Positions 27,004-39,649 of a DNA stretch of 64,000 bases are shown piece after piece. The stretch's first letter is position 1. Each line of letters starts with the position of its first letter. The position numbers and the translations under genes are program-made. A model generated the notes under the pieces. That model was given only the letters and a program-made list of their open reading frames with translations. It did no database searches and had not been told where the DNA came from. The DNA comes from Callorhinchus milii (lineage: Eukaryota): the NCBI RefSeq assembly GCF_018977255.1, contig NW_024704742.1:82090001-82154000 (forward strand), read 5' to 3'.

Positions 27004-29009
27004 CTAAGTTGGAAAATTCTTAAATTTTGTCGTAATGCAGAAATCAGCTTTCCACATTTCTTAAAGATTTCCTATGTGACCTGTGCATGCTTACACTCAA
27101 CTCCAGACCTCTGTGTCGAGTTGCACTTATGCATATTTCCAAACCAGTTAAGTCAACAGATGCATCAGTTCGTCATGCAACACCGTTTATACAAGTGTGA
27201 GATCTGGTGCTGTGTCAAAGAACACATAGCTCACAATAGCAATCATTTGCCATCTGAATTTTTCTGCATGTTTTTATTCCTTCTCCTTGAATGTACAGCA
27301 TAGAGGCCAATGCATAACGAATATTCAATAGGTAGAACAGGTTACTGGCAAGCATGGTTGAAGCCAGGATGATGGACTTGTGATGTTATAATGGGAGGAT
27401 TTCAGGGTGGGTATTCTGAAATGACAAGATGAACTGGGTCTAAGGGCTTTCTTCATCTATTTCTCTCCTGTTCCTCTCCTGAGATGGTATGGTTTGGAGA
27501 TGAAATTCCCTCCGAATATCGTTTTGTCATTGTGAGGAAGTGATTGCTATTTGCTCACACTTCCCTACAGAGACTGAGACACAGGTGAGATCAGAAAGCT
27601 TGTATCACACCGCACTGCCCACTTGTTCTCAAATCACGCTCTGTTACCCAAGCATTGTTGGATAAAGCATACCTGGAACAAAGTGAGCAGTTTGCCTTCA
27701 GTATGAAAAATGTACCTTTCTACCTGCCATGAAGATCAGCTTGACAAAACATCTAAACTCTGTGAGTTGTCCCCTGTGCACTTTGTTGCTATGCCACCTA
27801 ACAGAACAAACGTGCTAAAATGATCTGAGATGTGAAATTCAGTGCAAGCAGACAGCACTAGTGGCACTTCACTGCGTATCTTTGATACTGGTGATCCAGG
27901 AGATGCTCAGCAGAAACCTGTAACCGCAGGCAGTTCATTCATTCAATTGGTTCCCATACAGAACATTAGGCAATAATTCCACCCTTGAACCTTTATGCTT
28001 CAGTGACAGGTCAGAGTCGCTGCAAGCAATTTAGTTTGGGTACTATGCAAAACTGATCTTATAGTGAAAAGGGAAACTGACCTTTGGATTGGACAGTAGA
28101 GCATAAGAACAACTGTGGTTCCTGTTTGTGTTCATTTTCCCTTTATGTACACTCAGAAGAACAATTGCTGCCCACCTGAATGCTTCATTACAGCCTTCTG
28201 ACACTTCTAGTGAAGTAAATTAAACCAGGAGTAATGTGGTGCTCTCAGTCTAAACATGCTCGAAGAATATTAAAGCAGCATTCCATCACCCAGAGTTTTA
28301 TTTGCAGAAATCTTTGATGAACATTTTTAGAAAGGCCTCTTTTTAGCTAGTCCTGAATCATAAACATATTGATTTTCAGCCCAAGCCCATTTTTTCGATG
28401 TGGCATCCAGGTCCTAGTCAATGTGTTAAACTTATAATAATAGTCCTTGCATTTGATACAGTGCCTTATCACGTCATCGACATGTCTCAAAGTATGTTAC
28501 ATGACTTTACCGTGAAATGGAGTGACTGTGTATTTTTAGGTACACACAGCCAATTTGCACGCAGCAATGTCCCACAAATAGCCAGGAAATGAATAACCAA
28601 TACTCATCTTGTTAAGATTGCTAAAGTGGCATCCTATATTAACTGGCACATAGGTGTTAACAAATGAATGAATTAATTAATTAACACATCACAACACTGC
28701 AAAATTGACACAAATACGTAATAATTGTGGCATGATGAGTGGTATCTGGAAAGTTAGAATATTTTTCATTGATAATCAAAGACGATCAAAATGTGACCTA
28801 GCATTTAATTCTTTTGCTTGCCAGCACTTTCACCTTGTAAGAGTAGGGGATTATGTGGAGTGTAAGCACTGACACAAATTAGTTGGGTCAAATTGCCTGT
28901 TTCTATGCCATATCACTCTGTGTAACAATGACTGCTCACTGAGTGTGCCCAAACCTCTTCTTTTCCAATTCTGTTACAGGATTACCCTTCTTCATCTACA
29001 CATATTTCC

Positions 29010-29330
29010 TGTTTCCTGATCCAATATGCATTACCTTGCATTTATCTGATCAATCTGTTTCTCCCATCTGTTAAATTACTTAAGATCTTTTTGAATGTGG
29101 TTTCTTTTATTTTTTTTAGTTATGTGGCTGCATATCTTTGGCAAATGTTCCAATGTTACCAAGAGGACGCTCCTCTATATCCTTTATGAATAACGCAAAC
29201 ACGAGGGGACCAGGAGCCAAACCCCAGTTGAACGCTTCTAGTCACTGCCGCCAGGCAAGAACTTATTCCATTTGCCATCTTTAATGGTTCCCTTTGCTAA
29301 AACAGTTTTCAATCTAGCTTGTTAATTTGC
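29010..29330 (-). mobile_element. Very old CR1 RT fragment
   Basis: atgcattaccttgcattt (rc KCKVMH) and gaggggaccaggagccaaacccc...ctagtcac (degenerate VTSGVPQGSVLGP). Confidence 0.5.
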
Positions 29331-30232
29331 CATTAATTTCACAAGTTTTTAAACCATCCTTAAAAGTTTCACATGTGGAACTTCATCACGTTGGTGTTTG
29401 GGTGTGATAAAGCATTAAAGAAAAGGTCACTCAGTCCACAACTGTTTGTGGGACACTGCTGTGCACAATTGGCCGCCGTGTTTCGCTCACAGAATACGCA
29501 GTCAATCCACTTTACAATATATTTGAGACATCTCAATAAGGTGATAAGGCACTATATCAAATGCAAGGATTTTCATTATTATTCATAGGGTTGAGGTAGT
29601 ACTGTAGAGACCACTGGGGTGTTGGCACTGGAGGAGATATTGTGAACCATGGTTGGTAAAATAAAGTATTGACTTTATTGCAACCAAACACACAAAGCCA
29701 ACTGAAACCATGGGGAAAGGGCATGGAACTCTTTGGAGATGTCTACTCCTCTCCATCTCCAGACCAGTTGTTGCCCTGCATGGGGATTCCTCTTGAATTC
29801 CATTTCCTCCCAGTTGGTAGCGGGTGTTCTACCAGCAGTCGATTGCCTGACATGCACCATGGCTCTTTCCCCCTCAACCCAAAATTCAAGAAACTAGCAG
29901 GACGGTAGTGCCATGCCAGCTATCCCAACCAGCTCCCATCAGGAACATCAGAAAACAGGACTAGGTGGAGGCCATTCAGCCCAATGAACCTGTTCCACCA
30001 CCACCACCAACAACAACAATTTGCATTGATATAATGCTCATCACTTTAAGACTGACATCTCGGAGCGCTTCATTACATACTTAATTTATTAGATATTGGC
30101 AGATATTTTAATTCTAGTGCCCGCCCTTTCGTCTTACCCTATAAAACCTCATGGACTTATCGTGCGTGCTTTGCTCACGTACTTCATGGCCAGAACAGTG
30201 ACCTTGTTGGCTCAACCCCAAAACATATCACA

Positions 30233-30393
30233 CTATAATAATAATAATAATACTAATCCTTGCATTTGATATAGCGCTTTTCACGTCGGGAGGATGTCCC
30301 AAAGCGCTTCACAGAACACACTGTAAAGTGAATTGACTGTATATTTGTGGGTGAACGCAGCAGCCAATTGCACACAGCAATGTCCCACAAACA
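30233..30393 (-). mobile_element. Young SINE 3' half (L2-like gggaggatgtccc tail variant)
   Basis: (aat)n followed by ccttgcatttgatatagcgcttttcacgtcgggaggatgtcccaaagcgc...gcaatgtcccacaaac. Confidence 0.88.
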
Positions 30394-31084
30394 TTAACAT
30401 GCAATTTATTAACTCAATTGCACCTCTTACATTATGACTTTCTGCTTTCAATCATGTCCTGGAAGTCAACAGTTCTTTATCACAATACATTCTACTTCTA
30501 CTTCAGGTTTCAATTTGTCTGAGAATAAAGGGCCTCCTTGTCTGTTTCCTGTTGTAGATGAATTTGGGTAGATTCCAATTGGCTTCCAGTGAGCACAATG
30601 AAAGAATGCCCAGGAATCAATGCTAATTGTCACTGAATTAGCAATAGCTAAAAGACATAGGTTTGAAATTAACAAGCCTTAAGCAAGACAAGATATTGGA
30701 AGGATGTTTTGCCTTCTCAGAGCAGTGTTTCCATGTCCATTCCCACACCAGGCTTCGTGAGCCTATCAACCCCTCATTACTCAGCTCCATTAGCTCCCCA
30801 TCCCCGAGGGATTGAGTTAAAATCGTCATTCTCACCCTTAAATCTCTCCAAATTCGCATCCCACACTAATCTCCTCAAAGCTTCCTGAGCTCCCTTTGCT
30901 CAGAAAACATCCTCCCAAAGTGAAAGGCCCTTTATAAATGTAAATTTGTATTGTATTGGTTACAGTTGCACACTCCCAACAGAAGCATTTGACATGTTAA
31001 GTTCTCCTAAAAAAAGAAATTAATCTATTCGGCAGTCTGGAGTGGGTGAGGTAAGCAGGATCTCCTTAGAGCTGAACTAGCTCC

Positions 31085-31560
31085 AAGGAGACATGCTCAG
31101 AAATGGAATATTGGAAACAAATCAACCCTGTTAGTTATCCTGGTTACTAAGCCAGGCGTGTCCGCAGTATTCCAGGACACTGCTGATGACAGCACAGACA
31201 ACGTGACTTATCAGCTGGACTTGGAAGGGCAGACCAGTCACTGAGGGCAGGGATACTTCCCATTCAGCTTCAGTTAACCCTGCAACCCAAAGCCCTAATG
31301 GGTAGGTTGATCCTAGTTGGACAAACAGTGCGAATGTTATGCGGTTTTAGTTCCAGCAGTATCCCAAAGCAGTATCCCAAAGGAGATTCTGGGGCCCCCA
31401 AGGCTTAGTTCCTGCCAACCTGCAACTAATATTGTCCCAAATTTGATTCCAATCACAAGGAAGGTAGACATATGTGGAAATTTAGTTTCATTTAGCTAAT
31501 CTGGAGCATGGTGATGGGTTTCTACATGTGTCAGACACCTGCCTGATGAAAACAGAAATC
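31085..31560 (+). repeat. Unclassified interspersed repeat family, copy
   Basis: gcagtattccaggacactgctga...ttggaagggcaga...cttcccattcagctt...caaagccctaa...gcatggtgatgggtttc, shared with 53685-54205. Confidence 0.75.
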
Positions 31561-32084
31561 TGTTTGGCAAAATGTTAGGAGGGTTTACATAGATAGACAA
31601 ATACTCTTCTCTGCTGGTACCTGGGTTGGAAGAAGGAATGATATCTGCGAAGGAAGGAGGCTAGGTTTGAATTGTGGGGTTGGGCAAATATTTTGTAGTT
31701 TAATTTTGAATCCCTCTAAGGTTATCAAGGAATAACATATGACGTGCTTTTCCCAGGAGGTAGAATGAGTGGGATGGAATTTAACAAATAGGTTGGACCT
31801 CCATGGTCAGAGGAGGATTTTTGGGGCAAATGCCCTTGTCTCATTCCATAATCCATTGTGTTCACAGTATAAACATTGGTGGCTAGCCTAAACATAATAC
31901 AAAGTCATACTGTGGGAATAAAGGTCCTGTTCTGATCTATCTTGTTGGAGTAGAGATGTTTCTTTACGTAATCTTGACTCTATCAGAGTTCCATTTCCCA
32001 GTCCGAACATCTGTGCCCTAATGAGCAGAGCAAAATTACAGCTCCCAGGCTACTCTTTATTGTACCTGGCAGAAGTAATAAATA

Positions 32085-33633
32085 TAATTTTCCTTACATT
32101 TGATATGGCACCTTATCACATCATTGAGACTTCTCAAAGCACTTCACAGAATATATAATAATAATATAATAATAATAATCCTTGCATTTGATATAGCGCT
32201 TTTCACGTCTTCTCGACATCTCAAAGCGCTTCACAGAATATACTGTAAAGTGTATTGACTGTATATTTGGTGGGCAAAACATGGCAGCTAGTTGTGCACA
32301 GTAATGTCCCACAAACAGTCGTGGATTGAGTTTGATAGATTCATAGATTCATAGAATGTTACGGTACAGAAGGAGGCCATTCGGCCCATCGAGTCTGTGC
32401 CGGCTCTTTGACAGAGCAAATCGCTTTCACTAACCCCAATCACCAGCTTTCTCCCCATAACTCTGCAAACCCGTCTTCCCCAGATACCTATCCAGTTCTC
32501 TCTCAAAAGCTGTTATCGAATCGGACTTCACTGCCCTTTCAGGCAGATCATTACAAATTCGAACAACGTGCTGAGTGAAAACATTTCTTCTAACCTCCCC
32601 TCTGCTTCTTTTGGTAGATATCTTAAGACTGTGACCACGGGTCACAGACACACCTACCAGCAGAAACAACTTTTCCTTATCTGCCTGTCAAAACCTTTCA
32701 TGATCTTGAAGACCTCTATCAGGTCCCCGCGTAACCTTCTCTGCTCTAATTGGGAAAAGTCCTAACTTCTCCAGCCTGTCCTCATAGCTAAGGTTCCCCA
32801 TTCTCGTGAATCTCCTCTGCACCCTTTCCAGTGCCTTAATGTTCTTCCTGAAGTAAGGTGCCCATAAGTAAGGCGCAGTACTCCAGCTGAGGCCTAACCA
32901 GTGTTTTGTATAGATTAACCATAACCTCCCTACTCTTATACTCTATGCCCCTACTAATAAAGCTCAGTACACCAAATGCCTTTTTTACTGCCTTATCTAC
33001 CTGCCCCGCTACCTTTAATGATTCACTTACTTGAATACCCAGATCTCTCTGTACGTTCACCCCCCTTAAGATTGAGCTACCAAGTCTATATTGCTTCCTA
33101 TCATTTTTCCTATCTAAGTGCATCACCTCACACTTATCCACATTGAAATTCATCTGCCACATGTCAGCCCATTCCACCATTCTGTGTATGTCTGCTTGCA
33201 GTTGGTTACAGTCCTCCTCGCTATTTACTACCCTACCTAACTTTGTATCATCTGCAAACTTGGAAATAGTGCTCTCTATGCCCAAGTCCAGATCATTAAT
33301 ATATATTAGAAAGAGCAGTGGTCCCAATACCGATCCCTGGGGGACACCGCTGCACACCTCCTTCCATTGCGAGAAACACCCATTAACCACCACCCTCTGC
33401 TTTCTGTCACTCAGTCAGTTCTTAATCCAAATTATTGCTATTATTTTGTAGGGATTTGTATCCCACGGAAAGCGAACTGCCAATCAACCAACAACTGGTT
33501 TCCTACTTACTGCTAGGTAAACAGATGTCTGTGTGGTGAAAGGAAGCTTGCCTAAGGTTTCGCCACGCCAGGTAATCAAACCCATGCCCTCTCGCTTGCA
33601 AGGCGAGCTGCTAACCACTACACTACAGGATGC
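32085..33633 (-). mobile_element. Young SINE with a doubled tail, split by a CR1 insertion
   Basis: Tail and body at 32085-32331, tRNA head at 33450-33633 (rc catcctgtagtgtagtggttagcagctcgccttgcaagcgagag), CR1 between them. Confidence 0.8.
32336..33430 (-). mobile_element. 5'-truncated CR1 LINE (RT C-half through 3' UTR)
   Basis: ORF 32836-33393: SGVPQGSVLGPLLFLIYINDL...SKFADDTKL...WQMNFNVDKCEVMH...LYKTLVRPQLEY. Also TRGHSLK...FTQHVVRICNDLP and the CR1 tail. Frameshifted. Confidence 0.97.
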
Positions 33634-33989
33634 TAACATTATAATTGTTTAATGTTGTATTCTAGCTGGTTGGAGTAGGTGGTGTGACAGATAGAAGGTT
33701 TCTGCAATTGAATTGTATGAATTGGAACACAAATGTTATTCTACAATGTGATTTCAAAATCTGTGCTGTTGGAATTAATTTCACAAATGATGCAACATTG
33801 TAAACCAGTAATCCATCCCGGGGCTCCGGTCTCCTTTACAAGAATAAAACTTGACTGATTTATTCGTCATCTAAACTATAGAAATGGATTACTACCTGCA
33901 GTACTCTGCTATACAGCTGATTTTTTTTTAATATTCTACAGATTTTTAAACAATGTGCGGAAAAAAATTCCAACTGCATCTAGATTCAG

Positions 33990-34285
33990 TAATAATGATA
34001 ATCCTTGCATTTGCTATAGAGCCTTTTGGGTCAGGAGGATGAAATAAACTGCTTCACAGGATATATTGTGAAGTGGACTGACCTTGTCTTTTCTGGGTGA
34101 AAGCGGAGGCCAATTTGCGCATGGCGCAAACATGGAGGAAATGGTCAATTTTACTTGGGGATTGTTCACCAAGATACTGGGAGAACCTCCTTTTCTATTT
34201 TCAAGTAGTGGTCTGGGATTTTCAACAAGCAAATGGGGTCCAGCATCTCATTCGAAAGACAAACCCTCCAACAATGCAGCGCACA
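33990..34285 (-). mobile_element. DeuSINE-like SINE fragment
   Basis: atccttgcatttgctatag...caagatactgggagaacctcc...ctccaacaatgcagc. Confidence 0.7.
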
Positions 34286-34503
34286 GATTTACTCTGTTTA
34301 GGCGGCATTTCAGAACATTCAAAATTTTGCAATATGTTGAATTTAGTCTCAACCTTTGAAGTCATTTTATCTGTAGTTCTTAAAAGAAACTTATACAAAA
34401 CTTGTTTCAAAGGCAAGGCTGTATTTAAGAATTTGCCAAATTCTGGATCCTCTGAACTACAAAGAATGTCGAGTAAATCGGGACCCAGGTGGAATTTCTC
34501 CCC
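34286..34503. mobile_element. Fold-back MITE-like element, copy 2
   Basis: aaattttgcaatatgttgaatttagtctc...tttgaagtca...aatttgccaaattctgga...ggtggaatttctcccc, collinear with 5441-5670. Confidence 0.6.
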
Positions 34504-36333
34504 TGAGTTTTTAACCTGCCATGCTGACTGTGCCACTTTGTACAAATAAATAATAATAATCCTTGTATTTGTTATTGTGCCTTTCATTTTAGAAAGAGGT
34601 CCCAATGTATGTCACGGGTGTATTGTAAAGTGGAGTGACTGTGTTTTTTGTGGGTGAATGAGGAAGCTGATTTGCGCATAGCAATGACACAAAAGGACAC
34701 AAGGCCTCTCTGACTACCAGTTAATGAGGAAAAATGACGTAGGATCTAAAAGATTAGTAAGCTTAGGCACGCTGAGACTTTGGTAATTCATCATCCTGCA
34801 TATAGTTTTCAATAACCTAGTTGCAAATCACAAAGGAAATTGCTCACAGAACAGTAGATTTTCAAATATATTTGGGTAAGCATAATATTACCGTGTGCAT
34901 TGCAATACAATCAGTATTGTGGTGTGTTAGCAAATGCGCAAATGATTACTTCATACTTTAATCCATGGGATGGTTTTATTTTGCTAAATATAAAGTATGG
35001 GCTTGTCAACAATACACATGAATAAATCCATCTGGAATACCGTTGTGATTTTTATATCGATTCAAAGTCGAGCAGTTCATTTTACAGACATGAGTGTCAT
35101 TTGCTTTACAAATGTTGCTGACATCCTCCCTACTTCTGCATCGTTACTGTTTATTTTCTTTTCAAATAAATGAACTTATTTTCAGCTTGCCTTCAGCGGT
35201 CATATTGTTCCCAGAAAAACAGCTTACGTTCTCTGGCTGTAAATAAATGCAGCGCCAATGTAATTGCAATAAATAATACATTACAAACTGTCTAATACAA
35301 CAAATTCTGCAAGACATACTGTACTGAACTAGTTCAAGGATGTTAAAGAAATGTGTAAATTTTGAACATAAGAATGCAGTGCTCCAGTATTTTTTTGGCC
35401 TGATGATTAACAGTTAATGAAATTATGATGCCTTAACACCTGATGCAACCAACACAGGAAACATTCTAATAGTGTGAACTCGATGCTTGGTGTGTGTGTG
35501 AGCCCACAGGCCAGCTTTGTTCACGCATGCAAATCGAGAAATTGACTTTTTATTTTAGACAGCCTTCCACTGTCACTGCACATTAATCCTATCCCAATCA
35601 CAATGCTTCAGACCAGAGTGGAGCTGTTTCCTAATGCCTTTACAGTGCATCCAGGAGTCATCGCAGATTATTTTAGCACCAGTTATTTCATTGCTGTTTT
35701 AATCCTCTGCCACTATAAAGAGCAACTCTTGTCAATTTATCAGGGTTGGCTTGTTTTAATTTTGTTATTCACAGCATTTGAACATTGTAATGGAGTTGGA
35801 CCGAGTTCACTTTATAATGTACACCGACTGTGTCAAGGCTTTGCGACTTAACTGCTGATTATGCTGAGGTATTTCTTTCCTTACATTATATATTAATAAC
35901 ATTGAGACTTTACTTAAGCTTCACCCTATAATAAGGTCTGTGAACACACCAAGAGGCTAAAGCTAAGTGACAGATACGATATTCCTGCATAAATTGTTTC
36001 GTTCAAAAAGCTTGCAACTTAAAACGAAACGTGAAATATAGCAGATAAAAAGAACGCTACCATTGTGGTCACCCTCCATTCTGTCTGGCAAATAGTAGAT
36101 CGACCAATTGCTGGGCTCTTTGGCATGCTGGTGATTTAAGCCAGACAGTTGGCAATTTGTATGAGACCAGTCAAATATTAACAACCCGCCTGTGCATTAA
36201 TGGGCCCCTTGAGATTGGAAGCGAATGGATGGAATGACTGATCGTTCTGTTTGGATTAATAAATATTACCCTTTTGATCTATTTTTCCCTCCCTTGCACA
36301 TTGAACAGCATCACTTGGGTCTTTGAGGTTATT

Positions 36334-36368
36334 CAAAACCCAAAACTCAAAACCCAAAACCCAAATCC
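36334..36368 (+). repeat. Short 7-mer tandem (CAAAACC)x5
   Basis: caaaacc caaaact caaaacc caaaacc caaatcc. Confidence 0.85.
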
Positions 36369-37074
36369 AATATTTACATGAGACGCTATTTATTAGCCAC
36401 CTGCTTGACTGTGGAGTGCAAGCTAGTCATGCGTTCTGAGAATGCAAATTAAATATCAAAAGCGATTTGCAGATGTTTTTGCGAAGTTATGCAGAACAAA
36501 CTATCCAAATAATAGCCATAGTATATACATGATTGGGTTGCATTAATTCTGGGAGAGAGGACATCAAGATAGTAAAGCATCTAGTTTTATTAGCTTTCTG
36601 GCTTCTGCTACATCTTAGATCTTTCATTAAATGTTGCTGGGAGAGAATTCATTTTTTAGTGGTAATATGCATTCACATAAGGTGCATGCAAATTATATAC
36701 TGATCTTTTCCATTTCACTGCTGTAATGCTGCTGGTAGAAAGTTAAGGGCTGGACTTCGGCAAAAGTTTTCTGAACATGACTTTATTTCCCAAATTGCCT
36801 TTGCCCTAGACTGCTGTTTTTTGTCTCTGGGTTTTCATTCTTTGCTTATCTCTTGGTTTTGTTTGATATTTTAGCTGGTGTCTCAGGGTACATCTGGAGC
36901 TTGCACCATGTAATAAGAGCAGTTGTCTAACAGTTTTTATCTTAGCAGTTGTTGAGGGCTCAGGGAGACTTGTTAGAAATGACACTGGTGGAGCAACAAG
37001 CATGTTATGGCTTTCTGAGGTCTAGTGTAGCCCTGGCAACATTCTTTCAGCAAGTGTTGGCTGATATTATAATC

Positions 37075-38480
37075 ATAATAATAATAATCCTAGCATTCTA
37101 GTGCCTTACACCGTCATTGTGGAGTCCTAGCTCAGTGGTTATAGAACTCGCCTCTAAAAGAGAAACCTGGGTTTGATTCCTGGCAGGGCAAAATGTTGGA
37201 TAAGTTTCTTTATACTACACATCTCTGTTTACCTAGCAGTCGGTAGGAACCCGGTTGTTAGTCGATTGACAGATCGCTTTTTTGGGAGGTAATAATTCCC
37301 TCAAGAAAAAAATATGAATTAATATTATTATTATTAATAATCAGCATTGTTCTTCCATTTGATTTGGTGTGGTTCACGTCTCAAAGCACTTTACAGGATT
37401 TACTGTAAAGTGTTGTCACTGTGTACGTTGTGGGAAACACAGTTGCCCCAGTTCTATTGATTACAGTGTCCTGGGTTTAGAGTATTGTAAGCCACAGACT
37501 CTGAGATAACCTTCCATCTCAGCTCCATTCTGTGCACGGAGAAGAGTGAAGCTCTGGACTTGTGTTGAGCAGACATGTATGCAGAGTTCCCTTCACCAGT
37601 GTCAAAGTGTTGGTGTAATGTTTCAAGCTTGTGAAGAGTGAACTCCCCAGCTGATACCGTGCTAACAAGGAAAAAGTTAACAGCAGACTGGCAGTTTACC
37701 TGGGTCCACCTCATTGCAAAGTTCAAAAGTATGGCTTTGCACAGTTTTTGACGTTTTGAAACCAGCACTATTAATAATATATAATGTATAATAGTCCTTG
37801 GATTTGATATAGCACCTTACATCATTGAGATGGCTCAAAGCGCTTCACAGTATATACTATAAAATGAATTGATTGTATATTTTGTGGGTGAAACACTATT
37901 AGGAGAGCTGTAACTAGGTGGTTAGTGCACTCACCACGCAAGCGAGAGATCTGAGTTCAATTCCTGATTGGGCGAAACCTTGGACTAGTTTTCTTTACTG
38001 CATGCCTGGTGATAATCCCTCAAAAAAAACAATAATAAATTGGACACTTCAATCCACGATTGTTTGTGGGACACTGTTGTGTGCATAGTTACCGGGTTTC
38101 ACCCACAAAAATGTACAGTCAATTCAATGTACAGTATATTCTGTGAAGCATTTTGAGACGTCTCAAAGACATGATAAGGTGCTATATCAATTGCAAGGAT
38201 TATTATTATTATTGAGACATCTCAAAGCTCTTCACAGAATATATTATATTCAGAGAGTGAATTGATTATACATTTTGTGGGTGAAACACAGCAGCCAATT
38301 GTGCTCAGTAATGTCTACAAACAGTCATGGATTGAATCAGCAATTTTTTTTATTGGAGGAATTATGACCTGCAGAAAGCAATCGCCAATTGACTAATGAC
38401 TGGATTCCTACTTACTGCTAGATAAACAGAAACAACTGGAGTAAAGAAACTTGCCTAAAATGCTGCCCCACCCGGGAATG
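37075..38480. mobile_element. Nested SINE cluster containing a duplicated ~700-bp module
   Basis: Outer minus-strand SINE split at gtcattg|attgagacatc (37119/38211). Inner plus-strand SINE head at 37120-37312 and tail at 38035-38210. The module 37317-38030 lies between them. Confidence 0.8.
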
Positions 38481-38507
38481 TATGAATGTATATATTTTAA
38501 TGTATGA

Positions 38508-38990
38508 TAATAATATTCCTTATGTTTGATACAGTGCCTATAATGTCAAAACATCTCAAAGTTCTTCATAGGGAATTGCTGTCAACCATAGTGACTTTGT
38601 ATGTGCAGGCAGAGATTTTTCATAGAGTATTGTCACACAAATAGCCTTGAAGCTGAATGATCAATTTATCTGGAGGATTGTTTGGACAGAACCCAGAGTA
38701 AAACTCACTTTCCGTTTCAAATATTGTCATAGAATTTGCAACAACCACCTGGACAAGCAGACTGAACCTTGGTTTAACGTCTCACTTGAAGGATAGCACC
38801 TCCAATACTGGCCCCCTCCCCACCATATCAACAACAACAATTTTCATTAATATAGTGCCTTTCACATAGGATAACGTCTCAGAATGTTGCAGATGGTGGG
38901 GCTGTAAGTCTAGTTGATAAGCTCAACATCCCATGACTGTCTAACTCAGAGGCAAAAGTGCTACCAACTGAGCCAGGCTGTGACCTTGAC
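38508..38990 (-). mobile_element. DeuSINE-like SINE with an L2 tail inserted at ~38828-38885
   Basis: ccttggtttaacgtctcacttgaaggatagcacctccaatac...aactcagaggcaaaagtgctaccaactgagccaggctg. Confidence 0.7.
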
Positions 38991-39649
38991 ACACGAGGGG
39001 CAGTTATGAATAATGGTGTTGTCCTGCAAGGAGATTCACAAATCAGTTTATGAAGAAAGTCTTACAAAACAAATACATTTTAATAATAATAATATTCCTT
39101 ACATTTGATACAATGTGTTTCATGTTGGGAAAAAATTTCAAAGCGCTTCACAGGACAAGTGTAGTGACTGTGTATTTTTTAGGCAAACATACAGAATCAA
39201 CATATATAAATAGCCCTTTGCAATGAGTTACCTTAAATTTTAATGCCTTTTCCCCCCACACCGAAATATTAAGAGCAGTTTTTCTTGTTTAACAGTAAAA
39301 CACAATCCTTTTAGTCAGTTGCATGCTATGATCAACCACATCTATTGTGTGCTCTGGTTTCATGGATGTTGATACTGAGAATGAGATGTTGATATTCAAA
39401 ACATTGAGAATGTTAGGTCTACATAATAATAATTCTTGAAATATGATATAGTGCTTAATCACGTCAATGAGACATCTCAAAGCATTTCACAGAATATCTT
39501 GTAAAGTGGAGAGACTGTGTATTTTGTTGGCAAAACATGGCAACCAATTTTGCACAGCAATGTCCCACAAACAGCCAAGGATTGAATGACTAAGTGTGGA
39601 TGCAGAGGAAATCTACCACTATAAGGTGTGGTGATTGTATTTGTAGTTT

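Noticed and set aside
29592..29601. tgaggtagta, the let-7 5' end
   Set aside because: Only 10 nt match and there is no complementary arm.
32836..33393. 185-aa ORF as a host gene or active reverse transcriptase
   Set aside because: 5'-truncated, frameshifted CR1 ORF2 fragment.
36081..36148. ctgtctggc...gccagacag inverted repeat as a miRNA hairpin
   Set aside because: Only 9 bp pair well; the interior pairs poorly.
37454..37768. 104-aa ORF apparently conserved at 59163-59394
   Set aside because: The similarity comes from the local DNA duplication. The second copy is frameshifted and the peptide resembles no family I recognise.
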